Of a DNA stretch of 64,000 nt, positions 29,160-39,034 are shown one piece after another; position 1 is the stretch's first letter; every line of letters starts with the position of its first letter. The stretch comes from Escherichia coli (GTDB lineage Bacteria; Pseudomonadota; Gammaproteobacteria; Enterobacterales; Enterobacteriaceae). The notes under the pieces were generated by a model. The model had not been told where the DNA came from, ran no database searches, and saw only the letters and a list, made by a program, of their open reading frames with translations. The position numbers and the translations under genes were made by a program. The stretch lies in the NCBI RefSeq assembly GCF_044324875.1, contig NZ_CP172188.1. The stretch is one strand, 5' to 3'.

Positions 29160-29633
29160 ATGAACCTGAAGAGGATGGTTTTGAAAAAGATAATTTTGAT
29201 TGTAATTGCGCTTTTAGCCATTTCTGGAATTTACCGAACAACGACGGCAGTTATCGAACACATCAGGTATGTCCGATCGCTTGAAGACTCAAAATCACAA
29301 CTGGAAAGCACGAACAACACGCTTTCTACCGCATTACAGTTAAGTGAGAACGCTCGCTCAGCCATGCTGACCGAAAACGAAAGAATTAAAGCACTGGAAA
29401 AGGAGTACCAGCGCAAAACAGCAGAACTGAATGCCAACCTAATCAAACAACGAGAGGAAAGCCAGAATGAAATCACTCGCCTTGAAAATGCGTTGCGCCG
29501 TGCTGGGATTAACGATGTGCGTGTGCCTGATGACGTTATCAGGATGCAGCGGGAACGGGCAAAAGCCATCAACCAGCGTGCCAGTGAAAATTACCGTAGA
29601 AGCCACCAGCAAGCCGCAGGCAAATCTGATTGA
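29160..29633 (+). CDS. i-spanin (Rz-like) candidate
   Basis: N-terminal TM helix (KKIILIVIALLAISGIY) followed by coiled coil; contains an embedded out-of-frame lipoprotein ORF. Confidence 0.45.
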   Translation: MNLKRMVLKKIILIVIALLAISGIYRTTTAVIEHIRYVRSLEDSKSQLESTNNTLSTALQLSENARSAMLTENERIKALEKEYQRKTAELNANLIKQREESQNEITRLENALRRAGINDVRVPDDVIRMQRERAKAINQRASENYRRSHQQAAGKSD

Positions 29634-29793
29634 TTACTCCCCTTGTTTAGTGCCAGAGGACACGCCAGTGCTGTTAAACAAGTATCCGACATACGCTGAA
29701 CAGTTATTCAGCACGATCGACGAATGCAACCAACGAAACGCACTGAATAACCAAAGAAACAGGGAGATTTGGGAAGGGAAGGGGCGGCAGTGA
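29467..29793 (+). CDS. o-spanin (Rz1-like) lipoprotein candidate, overlapping Rz in another frame
   Basis: Signal peptide with lipobox LSGC; starts inside and extends past the Rz-like gene. Confidence 0.45.
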   Translation: MKSLALKMRCAVLGLTMCVCLMTLSGCSGNGQKPSTSVPVKITVEATSKPQANLIDYSPCLVPEDTPVLLNKYPTYAEQLFSTIDECNQRNALNNQRNREIWEGKGRQ

Positions 29794-29820
29794 GCTTCAC
29801 AAAATCTATATAGCTATTTT

Positions 29821-29846
29821 ATGTTAGAAAAATAATTTGAATTTTC
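29821..29846. promoter_or_regulatory. operator-like motif upstream of immunity module 2
   Basis: atgttagaaaaataatttgaattttc; near-identical inverted copy at 40562..40592 upstream of module 3. Confidence 0.4.
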
Positions 29847-30019
29847 GAACATAAACAATAAAATAAATCATCAAAAATTTGATGTTGATCTTCCATGTTT
29901 TCAGGCTTATATTCACGCCGTTGCAGCAAATTCTGCGACCGGGTTTAGCAGCCTGAATGTACATGCGGACAACCGCAGATATCCGATATTGCGGTATTTT
30001 TGTGTCCGTAAAACCATGT

Positions 30020-30110
30020 TACGCCCGAATTATGGTGGGGCGTGATGGGGAGGCTTCGGCCTGCTGGTTTCATGTACGCCAGTCTGCTAACCCCGTCACG
30101 TCCTGCCACC
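30020..30110 (+). ncRNA. c4-like antisense RNA region of immunity module 2 (boundaries approximate)
   Basis: Element ctgctaa (about 30083) is complementary to ttagcag at 29945 and 30116 in the icd leader; compensatory changes in module 3. Confidence 0.45.
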
Positions 30111-30160
30111 CGTTTAGCAGCGGGTAGCAGGTTGTTAAACCTGTACATGAGGCCGTAACT

Positions 30161-30385
30161 ATGGTTAATGCCAATCCTTGCTCACGTCCAGAATTCATCT
30201 GGCGTTTTCACTCCCTGCAAAAACACTGCGATCACTTCGCAATTGCCGCAACTGAAAAAGAAGCCCGTTCTCTGATCCCTGATCAGTATGGTGTTCTTAC
30301 TGGTCGTTTCTCTACTTCCCCACAACCAAACACTAATCCCTGGTATCGCAATATTACCAATCCCGGAATTGCGGAGGCACACTGA
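30161..30385 (+). CDS. icd: Icd-like protein, module 2
   Basis: Paralog of the 6432 and 40248 copies; stop overlaps the ant start. Confidence 0.7.
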   Translation: MVNANPCSRPEFIWRFHSLQKHCDHFAIAATEKEARSLIPDQYGVLTGRFSTSPQPNTNPWYRNITNPGIAEAH

Positions 30386-31305
30386 TGGATATCTGCATTC
30401 TTGAAAAGCCATCAATGACCAGCATTGAGATCGCGGAGCTGGTGGGAAGTCGTCCAGATAACGTAAAAATATCAATAGAGCGCCTGGCTAAATCTGGAGT
30501 TATTCAACTTCCTGCATTGCAGGTTTTCGAAAAAATCAATAACTTAGGACTACGCCGTAGTGTCGAGGCTTACGTCTTCGAAGGCGAGCAAGGCAAACGA
30601 GACAGCATTATTGTCGTTGCGCAGCTCTCTCCCGAATTCACCGCCCGGCTGGTGGACCGCTGGCGCGAACTGGAAGAACAAGTACGCCAGCCGTTGACCG
30701 AAATAGAGATGATCGCCGCAATGGCTGCAAATGCAGTTCAGCAGCAAAAGCGGCTTCATGTTGTTGAGTCAAAGGTTAGCCAGGTTGCTGAAACCGTCGA
30801 GCAGATCAAGAAGGGCAACATGCCAGAAGGTTACATTGGCTACCGCCAGCTGGCGGCGAAATGTGGCCTGACTGAAGCCAAATGTCGCAACCTGGTTAAC
30901 GCTTTCCGGATTCCCACCGATACGCATGAGTTTTTAACTCCAGATGGTTTGCTTGCGCGACGCTCCATTGTGGCCCTGGCCCCCTTCCGGAAAGCCTTTA
31001 AGCAGGTGATGTCGGAGGCAGAACCACGCAACAAACGCTGGTATCATCCGAAGATGGGGCTGTTTCAGGCAATCCATCATCCTGTGCCTGAAAGCCCAAA
31101 GGATAATCTGTCACTACATACCGTCAGAGAGAAGATCAGGACTGGATACGCAACAGTGTGTCGTCGTTCTTCCTGGCCTGAAGGTATATGGGTGTGGCCC
31201 GAAGGTGGATCACGAAAGCACTGGCGCACTATCCGGGACGGGAAAATCCATGCTATTGATTTAGCGCCAGAGGATATTGTTGCTACGGACTGGATTGTTA
31301 GTTAA
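30385..31305 (+). CDS. ant: Rha-family antirepressor (Ant), copy 2
   Basis: Rha-like N-terminus; C-terminal domain homologous to the other two copies. Confidence 0.8.
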   Translation: MDICILEKPSMTSIEIAELVGSRPDNVKISIERLAKSGVIQLPALQVFEKINNLGLRRSVEAYVFEGEQGKRDSIIVVAQLSPEFTARLVDRWRELEEQVRQPLTEIEMIAAMAANAVQQQKRLHVVESKVSQVAETVEQIKKGNMPEGYIGYRQLAAKCGLTEAKCRNLVNAFRIPTDTHEFLTPDGLLARRSIVALAPFRKAFKQVMSEAEPRNKRWYHPKMGLFQAIHHPVPESPKDNLSLHTVREKIRTGYATVCRRSSWPEGIWVWPEGGSRKHWRTIRDGKIHAIDLAPEDIVATDWIVS

Positions 31306-31313
31306 TTACTGTT

Positions 31314-31336
31314 GCCCCGGCCTGTCCGGGGCTTTC
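31314..31336 (+). terminator. rho-independent terminator after ant copy 2
   Basis: gccccggcctgtccggggc hairpin followed by TTT. Confidence 0.6.
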
Positions 31337-31340
31337 GTGA

Positions 31341-31745
31341 CTAAAAATCTGTTCGCTGTCGCCATGCGTTTTTTAACTCAGGAATATCCGCCATTTCAAT
31401 TAACTTGCGAAGTCCAGCACTGACTTTCCCATTGCCAACCATAGCAAGCCAATCTCTTACAGCTTTCGGCATGTAGAGCGTTGCAGTTACCGGCTCTTCA
31501 ACCCTGGCAGGACATCCGCATACAGGCCATTTAATTGATTCCATAACTTCGGATGCCGGGGTGAGGGCGGGGACATTGAGTATATCTCTACCAGAAAACT
31601 GGATAACGATCCGTTCAGCGAGCGAGAGTATCTCACTTTCGGCAAGAATTGATGCCAACTGCGCCTCAACAAGAAAGCGACTTGTTGTGTTCAGAGAGTG
31701 GCTCTTAGCGCCATTTTTATACGAAACAAAGATTCGATACGCCAT
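31341..31745 (-). CDS. hypothetical protein (134 aa), operator-proximal
   Basis: ORF with an operator-like motif immediately upstream of its start. Confidence 0.45.
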   Translation of the reverse strand: MAYRIFVSYKNGAKSHSLNTTSRFLVEAQLASILAESEILSLAERIVIQFSGRDILNVPALTPASEVMESIKWPVCGCPARVEEPVTATLYMPKAVRDWLAMVGNGKVSAGLRKLIEMADIPELKNAWRQRTDF

Positions 31746-31754
31746 AACTCTAAT

Positions 31755-31778
31755 GATTTGTGTTAGAAAACTAAAATT
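31755..31778. promoter_or_regulatory. operator-like motif copy
   Basis: gatttgtgttagaaaactaaaatt, between divergent genes. Confidence 0.35.
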
Positions 31779-31903
31779 AAATCACATAACAACATGTGTG
31801 TTAATAGATTTTATTTTACTAAACCTATTGACTAAATCACAAAGTAGGTATTGTTAGCCCGTCAAAAGAACCTTCACGCCGCGCCCGAATTTAGGGCTTA
31901 ACC

Positions 31904-33601
31904 GTGAATAAAAACATTCAGCCAGCTCGTGATCGCGAGCGCGAGATTATGAATCGGGCGGCAAGCGTCATGGCTATGACCGTCGATCCGACCACCGATG
32001 CAGCAGGCAACATGATTGCTGACCAGGCAGTAATGATGGAAAACCTGGATAAAGCAATCCAGAAAGTGCCTATGTTTGAAGGCGTAAATCCAGAGGTCGC
32101 TCGTCAGATCACTGGTGGGTGGGCTATGTCTCTGCATGAGTATAAACGTCAACATGGTCATTACCCGGCAAGTGACATCCTGGCGAACGCACACATGGCT
32201 CTTGAACGCCTGATGACTGAATGTGCCAGTGATACCCATGAAGGCACGGGTAAGGCAATGTTTGAGTCTGTCGCGCAATCAATGCGTAGCTCTGACGGCG
32301 TAATGAAAGTTGCTCAATATGCTGCTCTAATTCTGCCTGCCTCTCTGGGCGCTGCTACCAGTGATGCCTGTACTTTTGTTCCTTGTGATCGTGACGAGTC
32401 AAATATTTATGAACTGGTCAACGTAGCAGGCACAAAATTCGGCACCTTCAAACAAGGTGACGAACTGAATATGCAGTCAGCTGGTGTTTATTCTCAAATG
32501 AAGCGCCTGTATACCCTTTCCACTAAAGGGGATGGCAGCACCAAAACCTTCCAGTTCGACATCCAAAATTTTGAGGGACAATCCTGCCCGCTTCGCGCTG
32601 GTTATAACAAACTGCTGATCAACCGCAAACCGTCCAAAGTTGACGACGGCGATGGCAACCTTTATTTCAATGCTAAAGACAGCAAAGGTAATGCTTTCTC
32701 AGCGACTGCCAAAGTTGCCTATGACACTGGTGTCATTGACATTACATTTACCCAGGCTCCGCCAGAAGGTACTGAAATTGCTGTTCAGGTCGAAATTAAC
32801 ATCGAGCGCAATCCAAGCCTGATTCCGGTGATCAACCAGGCTATGCGTAAGTACGAAGTTCGTCCGTCCCAGTACGTAATTGCTTCCGAACACACCGTAA
32901 TGTCCGCTTCCGATTTAAGCCGTGAACACGGCCTTGAATTGGCGGCACTTCAGTTCTCCGCAATGCGGAACTGGATCTCCCATGAAACCGACATCATGCG
33001 TCTGCGCACCCTGGTATTCCATACCGTTTATGGTCGTGAATTTGATGTGGCTCTGCCTGAAGCTCAAAACTATGAGTCCTGGGTCGGCCTCCTGCGCCAC
33101 GCAGTAAACGCCCTGTCTCAGGAAATGGCAAACCGCACCCTGACCACAGGTATTCGCGGTGGCTTCGCAGGTGGTGACGCAGCTAACTTCCTGCGTTCTC
33201 TGCCTCCACAGCACTTCCAAATCGCGCCGGGCTACGTTCAGTCACCGTATGTGCAGTACATCGGCACCCTGTTTGGCACGATTCGTATTTACGAAGTGCC
33301 GCAGCCTGTGTGTGAGCAATTCAAGGCTCAGGGATATGACTTAGGTCTGGATGACATTTATTTCTATGGTCGCGGTGAAGGCATCGGTAAAGCCGGGCTG
33401 ATCGCTGGTGATGCGGTCCCAGCAATCCCGTATGTGCACGAAACCAATCCATCTCTCGTTAACCGCACCACTCTCTGGGGTAGTGCTATCAACGAAGTCC
33501 ACCCGCGCAACGGTGAGAATTATTTCGCCCGCCTGCGTCTGACTCGTGCCAAAGAAGGTGCTATCGACATGCTGACAGGCAAGGTTAACGAAAAAAAGTG
33601 A
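31904..33601 (+). CDS. large phage structural protein (565 aa), function unassigned
   Basis: Long ORF heading the sheath/tube block (GTG start); no diagnostic motif recognised by eye. Confidence 0.5.
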   Translation: MNKNIQPARDREREIMNRAASVMAMTVDPTTDAAGNMIADQAVMMENLDKAIQKVPMFEGVNPEVARQITGGWAMSLHEYKRQHGHYPASDILANAHMALERLMTECASDTHEGTGKAMFESVAQSMRSSDGVMKVAQYAALILPASLGAATSDACTFVPCDRDESNIYELVNVAGTKFGTFKQGDELNMQSAGVYSQMKRLYTLSTKGDGSTKTFQFDIQNFEGQSCPLRAGYNKLLINRKPSKVDDGDGNLYFNAKDSKGNAFSATAKVAYDTGVIDITFTQAPPEGTEIAVQVEINIERNPSLIPVINQAMRKYEVRPSQYVIASEHTVMSASDLSREHGLELAALQFSAMRNWISHETDIMRLRTLVFHTVYGREFDVALPEAQNYESWVGLLRHAVNALSQEMANRTLTTGIRGGFAGGDAANFLRSLPPQHFQIAPGYVQSPYVQYIGTLFGTIRIYEVPQPVCEQFKAQGYDLGLDDIYFYGRGEGIGKAGLIAGDAVPAIPYVHETNPSLVNRTTLWGSAINEVHPRNGENYFARLRLTRAKEGAIDMLTGKVNEKK

Positions 33602-33747
33602 TGGTGGCGAACGTGTCGGTATCACCAACGTCACTTGACGTAGATGAAGGTGAAACTATCGCCGCGAACACTTCAAAGGCACAGAAAAAAACAAAGCAGA
33701 AGTAAGGCAAAAACACGCCCCTGATTAAGGGGCGTTCAGGAGAAAAA

Positions 33748-34026
33748 ATGGCAAACATTCAAGTAACTATCACGCCATCTGACGCAACAGACAAATCTTT
33801 CACTGTTGAGTCAGATCACCCTGAAATTGTCCGGGTTGATGGCACTACATGTACCGCTCTTAAGGCCGGGCAGGCAGTGCTGACAATCAAAACAAATGAC
33901 GGCAATAAAACCGCACAGTGCACAGTCACTGTTAGGGAGGCACATAAAAGCGTAAGCACCGTCAGTGTTGAACCAACTACGAAAGAAGTAACCGTAGGCG
34001 ATAACTTCACGGTAAGCGAATCCTGA
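33748..34026 (+). CDS. bacterial Ig-like (Big_2-type) domain protein (92 aa)
   Basis: ITPSDATD...FTVESDHPEIVRVDGTTCTALKAGQAVLTIKT pattern typical of Big_2 domains; AGGAG RBS. Confidence 0.5.
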   Translation: MANIQVTITPSDATDKSFTVESDHPEIVRVDGTTCTALKAGQAVLTIKTNDGNKTAQCTVTVREAHKSVSTVSVEPTTKEVTVGDNFTVSES

Positions 34027-34093
34027 TCAGAGGCTGCCCATTAACCGTGGGTAGCCTTGCCTCGTTCTCTCGCTTTAGAGGATAAGAACCAGC

Positions 34094-35752
34094 ATGAATA
34101 AGATTAGTTTTTCGGTAGGGCAGGCAGCTGGCGTTGCTGTAATGTCAGTAAATGCTGACGCTACCCTCACCAATACCAGCGGTGGCGCATCCGTCTTTGC
34201 TGGGCTTGTAATATCGCGTCGTGGCGCACCGGGTAAGGTACTGAAAGTTGACGATGCGACTTATCAAAGCGTATTAGGTTCACCGATTCACCCTCGCCAG
34301 GGCGCGGCATTTGAACCATATCGCCACGTGGAGCGTGCAGTAAAAGGCGGCTCTGGATATGTCGTTCGAGTTTGCGCTAAAGACATGAAGGTGCCGGGTA
34401 TTTCTGTTTCCGTTGTGGGCAGAGCAAAAGCGGCAAAGGCGAGTAAAGAACTTTCCGTTGAACCAACTGAAACCACAGTAAATCCAGGTGACACATTAAG
34501 CGTTGGTGTTGCTTCAACTGCAACGACTCAATCAGTGACCTTCACACCCAAAGAGACGCCCCAGATTAAAGGTGGAGAGAAGGCATTATTCTTCATCAAA
34601 GATGGTGATGCATCTCAAAATCGCACGTTATCACTAACTCGCGATGATGAAGAAAGCGAACTCTTTACGCTGACGCTGAAAGAAAAACAAACCGATGGGT
34701 CCATTGAGGTGCTGGAAAGCCACCAAGTGTCTTTCAATCCAGAAGGCACCAACGACATGGGCCAACCAGCATGGATTCCGACACTGCTTGAAAGCCAGTC
34801 CTCTCGCATTGGTGCCGTACTGGCAGATAATGCAGAAGCATCCGCTGCTCAACTCATTTTTGAGGATGTAGCTTTTGAAGGTGGTACTGATGGAAATCTG
34901 TCCGAAATTAACGCTGCAGACTATCTGGAAGCATTAAAGGTTCTCGAAGCTTCAGAGGTTAATTACACCGCATTGCTGTCACTGGGTTGTTATGACGCAT
35001 CCGCCTTAGCCGCAATCAAAAAGCTGGCTGAAGATGTTCGCGTAGACATGTTCTATGACCTGAAGGGCAACCAGACACCTGAAAACGCTATTTCAGAAGC
35101 GAAAAGCCATAGTTTTGGCGGCTCACATCAACCAAGCCGTTACTACTTCCCACTTTCCTGCCGAGATACCTTCACTGGGATGAATGTCGTCTATGGCATT
35201 AGTTGCGACGCATTCGTAGCGAAAGCAAAAGGAGTTGCGCTGGTACCGGATGTTGGTGGTTGGCATTACGCACCCGCAGGTATATCACGCGCGATTATTG
35301 ATCGACAGAACATTGCCCGAATTCCAAATATCGGTGCGGTTGATCGTGAAGCGTTCGTTCTTGCGCGCATTAATCCAGTTTCAGTTGCTGCTGACGGGTC
35401 CGTTTACATTGACGACTCTTTAACAACTTACAGCAAAAACAACTATCTGCGATTCCAGCATGTGTCTTCCTTGATGAACGCCATCGCCAGAGATTTCTAT
35501 GAAGTAGCTCAGGCGATTAAGCACGAACCGGATGGCATTACCAAAGAAACGCTAATGAAAGCAATGACTGAATTGCTTGACCGTTACGTTGCAGCCGGTG
35601 CGCTGGTTACTCCACGTGACAAGTCCCAGGGTGAAGATCCATATGTTGTTCAGGTTGTCCAAAAGGACATCGATCTGTGGGAAGTGTCCTGGTCTGTTTG
35701 TCCGACCGGTACAGCTCGCCGAATCGTCGGTAAGCCAATTCTGATGCGCTGA
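34094..35752 (+). CDS. tail sheath protein with internal Ig-like insertion
   Basis: C-terminal region parallels the P2 FI sheath as recalled from memory; 552 aa; GAGGA RBS. Confidence 0.55.
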   Translation: MNKISFSVGQAAGVAVMSVNADATLTNTSGGASVFAGLVISRRGAPGKVLKVDDATYQSVLGSPIHPRQGAAFEPYRHVERAVKGGSGYVVRVCAKDMKVPGISVSVVGRAKAAKASKELSVEPTETTVNPGDTLSVGVASTATTQSVTFTPKETPQIKGGEKALFFIKDGDASQNRTLSLTRDDEESELFTLTLKEKQTDGSIEVLESHQVSFNPEGTNDMGQPAWIPTLLESQSSRIGAVLADNAEASAAQLIFEDVAFEGGTDGNLSEINAADYLEALKVLEASEVNYTALLSLGCYDASALAAIKKLAEDVRVDMFYDLKGNQTPENAISEAKSHSFGGSHQPSRYYFPLSCRDTFTGMNVVYGISCDAFVAKAKGVALVPDVGGWHYAPAGISRAIIDRQNIARIPNIGAVDREAFVLARINPVSVAADGSVYIDDSLTTYSKNNYLRFQHVSSLMNAIARDFYEVAQAIKHEPDGITKETLMKAMTELLDRYVAAGALVTPRDKSQGEDPYVVQVVQKDIDLWEVSWSVCPTGTARRIVGKPILMR

Positions 35753-35795
35753 TTTATAACCCCCGCTAAATGATGCGGGGGAGAGAGGTTTGAAT

Positions 35796-36530
35796 ATGAA
35801 AAATTATACTGCTGATCCTTTTATGCGTGCGATTTTCGGTTCTGGCTGCTTTGAAAGCGGTGATAAATCCACGCAGGACAATAATGATAACGCCATGCTG
35901 GAAAGCGCAGGACAGAAAGGAAAGGACACTCAACCAAAGCCCAAAGACGACATTGAAACCGCGATGATGGAAGCGGTTGAATCCCGTGCACAAGGTGATA
36001 TGCGCAGCCTGGCAGCTTCCATGATTGCTGGTTGGGTTGAAGATGGTGATCCGGAGGCTGACTCATTTGATGCATTAGCAATCACTATGGCTGGCCTGGC
36101 TGATATCGATGAAGACACCGATTTCACCGATGAGCAAATCGATGCTTATAACGATGCTCTCGCAGCTCTTGCTGATGCAGCTGTTGCGCTTGGCGCTGAT
36201 CAGGACGATGTAACCGAAATGATCGACGATGAAGATGACTCAGCTGCCGAACGTGTTTATGACGCTCTTTCCGAAAGCGACACCGACATGATGGAAACAG
36301 CTATTGCCATTTACACCGTTGCTGGTGGTGATAGCGCAATGCTGGAAGCGGTACGTAAAAAAGTGGTTCGTGATGGCAAGGTTACCATCATCCGTAAACG
36401 CCCGCGTCCTCGCCGCATGACGTCATTGCAAAAACAGGCGCTGAAAAAAGCACGCCGCAAAGCACATACATCCGTAGCGAATATCAACCGCAAAAAATCA
36501 ATGCGCATTCGCAAAAAACGCGGTTTGTAA
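35796..36530 (+). CDS. acidic phage protein with basic C-terminal tail (244 aa)
   Basis: ATG 35796 after a GGGGGAGAGAGG RBS; strongly acidic body, K/R-rich C-terminus. Confidence 0.45.
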   Translation: MKNYTADPFMRAIFGSGCFESGDKSTQDNNDNAMLESAGQKGKDTQPKPKDDIETAMMEAVESRAQGDMRSLAASMIAGWVEDGDPEADSFDALAITMAGLADIDEDTDFTDEQIDAYNDALAALADAAVALGADQDDVTEMIDDEDDSAAERVYDALSESDTDMMETAIAIYTVAGGDSAMLEAVRKKVVRDGKVTIIRKRPRPRRMTSLQKQALKKARRKAHTSVANINRKKSMRIRKKRGL

Positions 36531-36578
36531 GTGACATAGGCCGCCTGCAAAGGTGGCCTCTACCTGGGAGAAATAGCT

Positions 36579-37175
36579 GTGTATTGCGGAGCAAGTTTAG
36601 CTGATGGCATAAGCCCTTTTTTAAAGGTTTATATTATAAACGAGTCCAATACAGATATGGTGGTCGGCTATATTGGAGAAGGTTCGTCGGCGGAATTAGC
36701 ATCACTATGGCAATCCCCATTTGAAGATAAAGCTATGGGAAGTTTGTTAGGCTCAATTAGTGAAGCAGCGTCATCATTTGCCAGCATAGTTCAAAATTTA
36801 AGTGGACTGACAAGCAAAAGCCGATTCAATTCCACGTTAATCTGGGAAGGACAACAGCCACCAGAGTTCAATCTTGTGCTGGATTTCTTAGCAACATCCA
36901 ATGCAAAAATTGAAGTTAATGACGCAATTACAACCTTATTGAAAATGGCCTCTCCAGAGTTAAATGACGTTGCGCCAATGGGAAGGATTCCTGAAACAGT
37001 CACAATTAATATTGGCAGAAACGTCCTGCTAACTGGCGTTGTTATCAAAAGCGTGAGTTACCAACTGGACGCCCCGCGCACACCGGAAGGCTATTTCACT
37101 CATAACACGGTAACCCTGCAATGCAGCGGTAACACATCGATCAACCGTAGCAATATCTCATCTGTTTTTGTGTAG
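36579..37175 (+). CDS. phage structural protein (198 aa)
   Basis: ORF with GTG start and TGGGAG RBS in the tail gene block. Confidence 0.4.
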   Translation: MYCGASLADGISPFLKVYIINESNTDMVVGYIGEGSSAELASLWQSPFEDKAMGSLLGSISEAASSFASIVQNLSGLTSKSRFNSTLIWEGQQPPEFNLVLDFLATSNAKIEVNDAITTLLKMASPELNDVAPMGRIPETVTINIGRNVLLTGVVIKSVSYQLDAPRTPEGYFTHNTVTLQCSGNTSINRSNISSVFV

Positions 37176-37183
37176 GAGTATTT

Positions 37184-37675
37184 ATGTCCGGTTTTGCAAA
37201 TACAAAAGCCGATATGGCCTTTCTAAAATCCCGGTTTAATAAAAACCTGGCTGCAGGCGAAAAACTTATTGGTTCTGAATATTGGATGACCATTAAGGGT
37301 TACGAACATCTGTCTGTACTAGTTCGTACAGCTCAGTTACCAGAAATGACACGTGAAGATGTGGAGGATTACGCCCCTGGTGGCATGAAATTCAACCAGC
37401 ACGGACCATTACGCAACTCTGGTGAATTTCAGGTCACATGCGCGGAAACTATCGAAGGCGCAGTTCTCGCCGCTGTAAAACAGATGGTATACGGAAAAGA
37501 ATATCTGGAAATTACCTTACAGGCGGCGGCTGAATCGAATAGCGGTAACCATAAAGGTCTGATCCGCACATATTCTCATTGCAAAGTGTATTCCGACGCC
37601 GTGGACTTCTCATCCGAAGACGTAACGGCGGTCGTTAAACCTTCCCTGCGCATTGTTTACAACTGGGCGGAATAA
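37184..37675 (+). CDS. tail tube protein candidate (163 aa)
   Basis: Size and position downstream of the sheath gene; AGGAG RBS. Confidence 0.45.
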   Translation: MSGFANTKADMAFLKSRFNKNLAAGEKLIGSEYWMTIKGYEHLSVLVRTAQLPEMTREDVEDYAPGGMKFNQHGPLRNSGEFQVTCAETIEGAVLAAVKQMVYGKEYLEITLQAAAESNSGNHKGLIRTYSHCKVYSDAVDFSSEDVTAVVKPSLRIVYNWAE

Positions 37676-37729
37676 TCCCTATCCCGCCCTTGTGGCGGGA
37701 ACATCCTTGTTATTGAGTTGTAGGCAACA

Positions 37730-38281
37730 ATGACACCAATTGAATTATTAGAAAGCGTTAAAGAGCGATTTAATCCGCTGCTTGTGCGTGAAGAAGAAAC
37801 GTTGAAAGCATTCCTGATCAAAGCTCTGACCACGTATCAGGACAGGGCAGGGGTAGTGAAAACGTTAAAACTTGAAAGAGCTGGTGGTACTGCAATCCCG
37901 TTGCCAGAAGATTATCTCTCTCTGGTTCATGTTACCGACAACAACGGCCTGTTGGTCTATTCGGATGAATTATCCGGCTTTATTGAATTAGAGCTAACAG
38001 GTTCAGAACGCTGGCCTTTTCGAATGCTGTATCTGGTTAATCTACGCGACAGAAAGCTGGATGAATGGCAAGTGCCTCCTGCAATCATTGGAATGCTAGA
38101 GGAATATCTGGAGGCGCTTATCAATGTAAGAAATGTCGCCCGGCAGCGTAGAGCGTCCATCGACGGGAAATTTGACTACTCCGATCTGCCCGATGAAGCC
38201 ACGCTATATGCCCGCGTGCAGGAGATTGAGGAAAAAATGTCCTCAAACCGGGCCATTATTCCGGGGGCTACCATTTTTTAA
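37730..38281 (+). CDS. phage tail-associated protein (183 aa)
   Basis: ORF in the structural block. Confidence 0.4.
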   Translation: MTPIELLESVKERFNPLLVREEETLKAFLIKALTTYQDRAGVVKTLKLERAGGTAIPLPEDYLSLVHVTDNNGLLVYSDELSGFIELELTGSERWPFRMLYLVNLRDRKLDEWQVPPAIIGMLEEYLEALINVRNVARQRRASIDGKFDYSDLPDEATLYARVQEIEEKMSSNRAIIPGATIF

Positions 38282-38296
38282 CGCTGGAGGCGCAGA

Positions 38297-39004
38297 GTGA
38301 GTATTTTCAGCAGCGTTGGTAGAACGTTGACCACCGCATTGTCATTTAACACGAAATCATTCACCAGCAACCTCATTAGCGACATTCTTGATAAAGCCAT
38401 ATCAGGCGGCGGGGTAAGCGGGAATTACAGTAGCGATATTGCCTACGGGAAAAATATTGTTGCTGCCGCTATGCGCATCCGTTACGCCCAGGGGTGGCAG
38501 TGGACCGTTGAAGTGGATGGTCTGAACGGCTTCGATATGTTCGTGAAGGATATCACCTACAGCAGTGGGAACATCGAGACAGAAAGCAAGGTGATCGGTA
38601 GCGTAGAATTCAGCAAGCCAACCTATGTTAGCGCCGGACCGGTCACTATGACCGTGAGGGATACCGAAGATGGCAAGATCATGGACTGGTTCAAAGAGCG
38701 TCGTTCTCGTGTAACAAATCCTGATGGAACAATAAACCTTCCTCCGGAATATCTGATGAAAATCCGTGTCTACCGGGTAACTCAGGACGGCGGAAAAGAA
38801 CTGGAAGAAGAAATGCGCGTATTTCCTACACAACTTGGGGAAATCACTCGCTCACGTGATCAGGTGTCAGAGTTCTTGTCATACCCAATCACTTTCCAGA
38901 AATACACATCCGCAGGCTCAGGTGTTTCTGCTTTGGTCAACGGTGCCGCTGGCATGGCTACAAGTGCCCTGAAAAATACTGCCAGTAACATAATTAAATT
39001 TTAA
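38297..39004 (+). CDS. phage tail-associated protein (235 aa)
   Basis: GTG start with GGAGG RBS; structural block. Confidence 0.4.
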   Translation: MSIFSSVGRTLTTALSFNTKSFTSNLISDILDKAISGGGVSGNYSSDIAYGKNIVAAAMRIRYAQGWQWTVEVDGLNGFDMFVKDITYSSGNIETESKVIGSVEFSKPTYVSAGPVTMTVRDTEDGKIMDWFKERRSRVTNPDGTINLPPEYLMKIRVYRVTQDGGKELEEEMRVFPTQLGEITRSRDQVSEFLSYPITFQKYTSAGSGVSALVNGAAGMATSALKNTASNIIKF

Positions 39005-39007
39005 AAA

Positions 39008-39026
39008 GCCCCGGACAGGCCGGGGC
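39008..39026. terminator. bidirectional terminator hairpin shared by the tail operon and ant copy 3
   Basis: gccccggacaggccggggc hairpin between convergent genes. Confidence 0.55.
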
Positions 39027-39034
39027 AACAGTAA

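Noticed and set aside
29945-30148. 67-aa ORF (and its paralog at 40261-40563) overlapping the c4-like region
   Set aside because: Lies across the conserved antisense-RNA and leader region; differences between the paralogs fall in RNA-pairing elements rather than conserving the protein.
35761-35780. ccccgc...gcgggg hairpin after the sheath gene as a terminator
   Set aside because: No downstream T-run; overlaps the RBS region of the next gene, so more likely a structural or attenuating hairpin.
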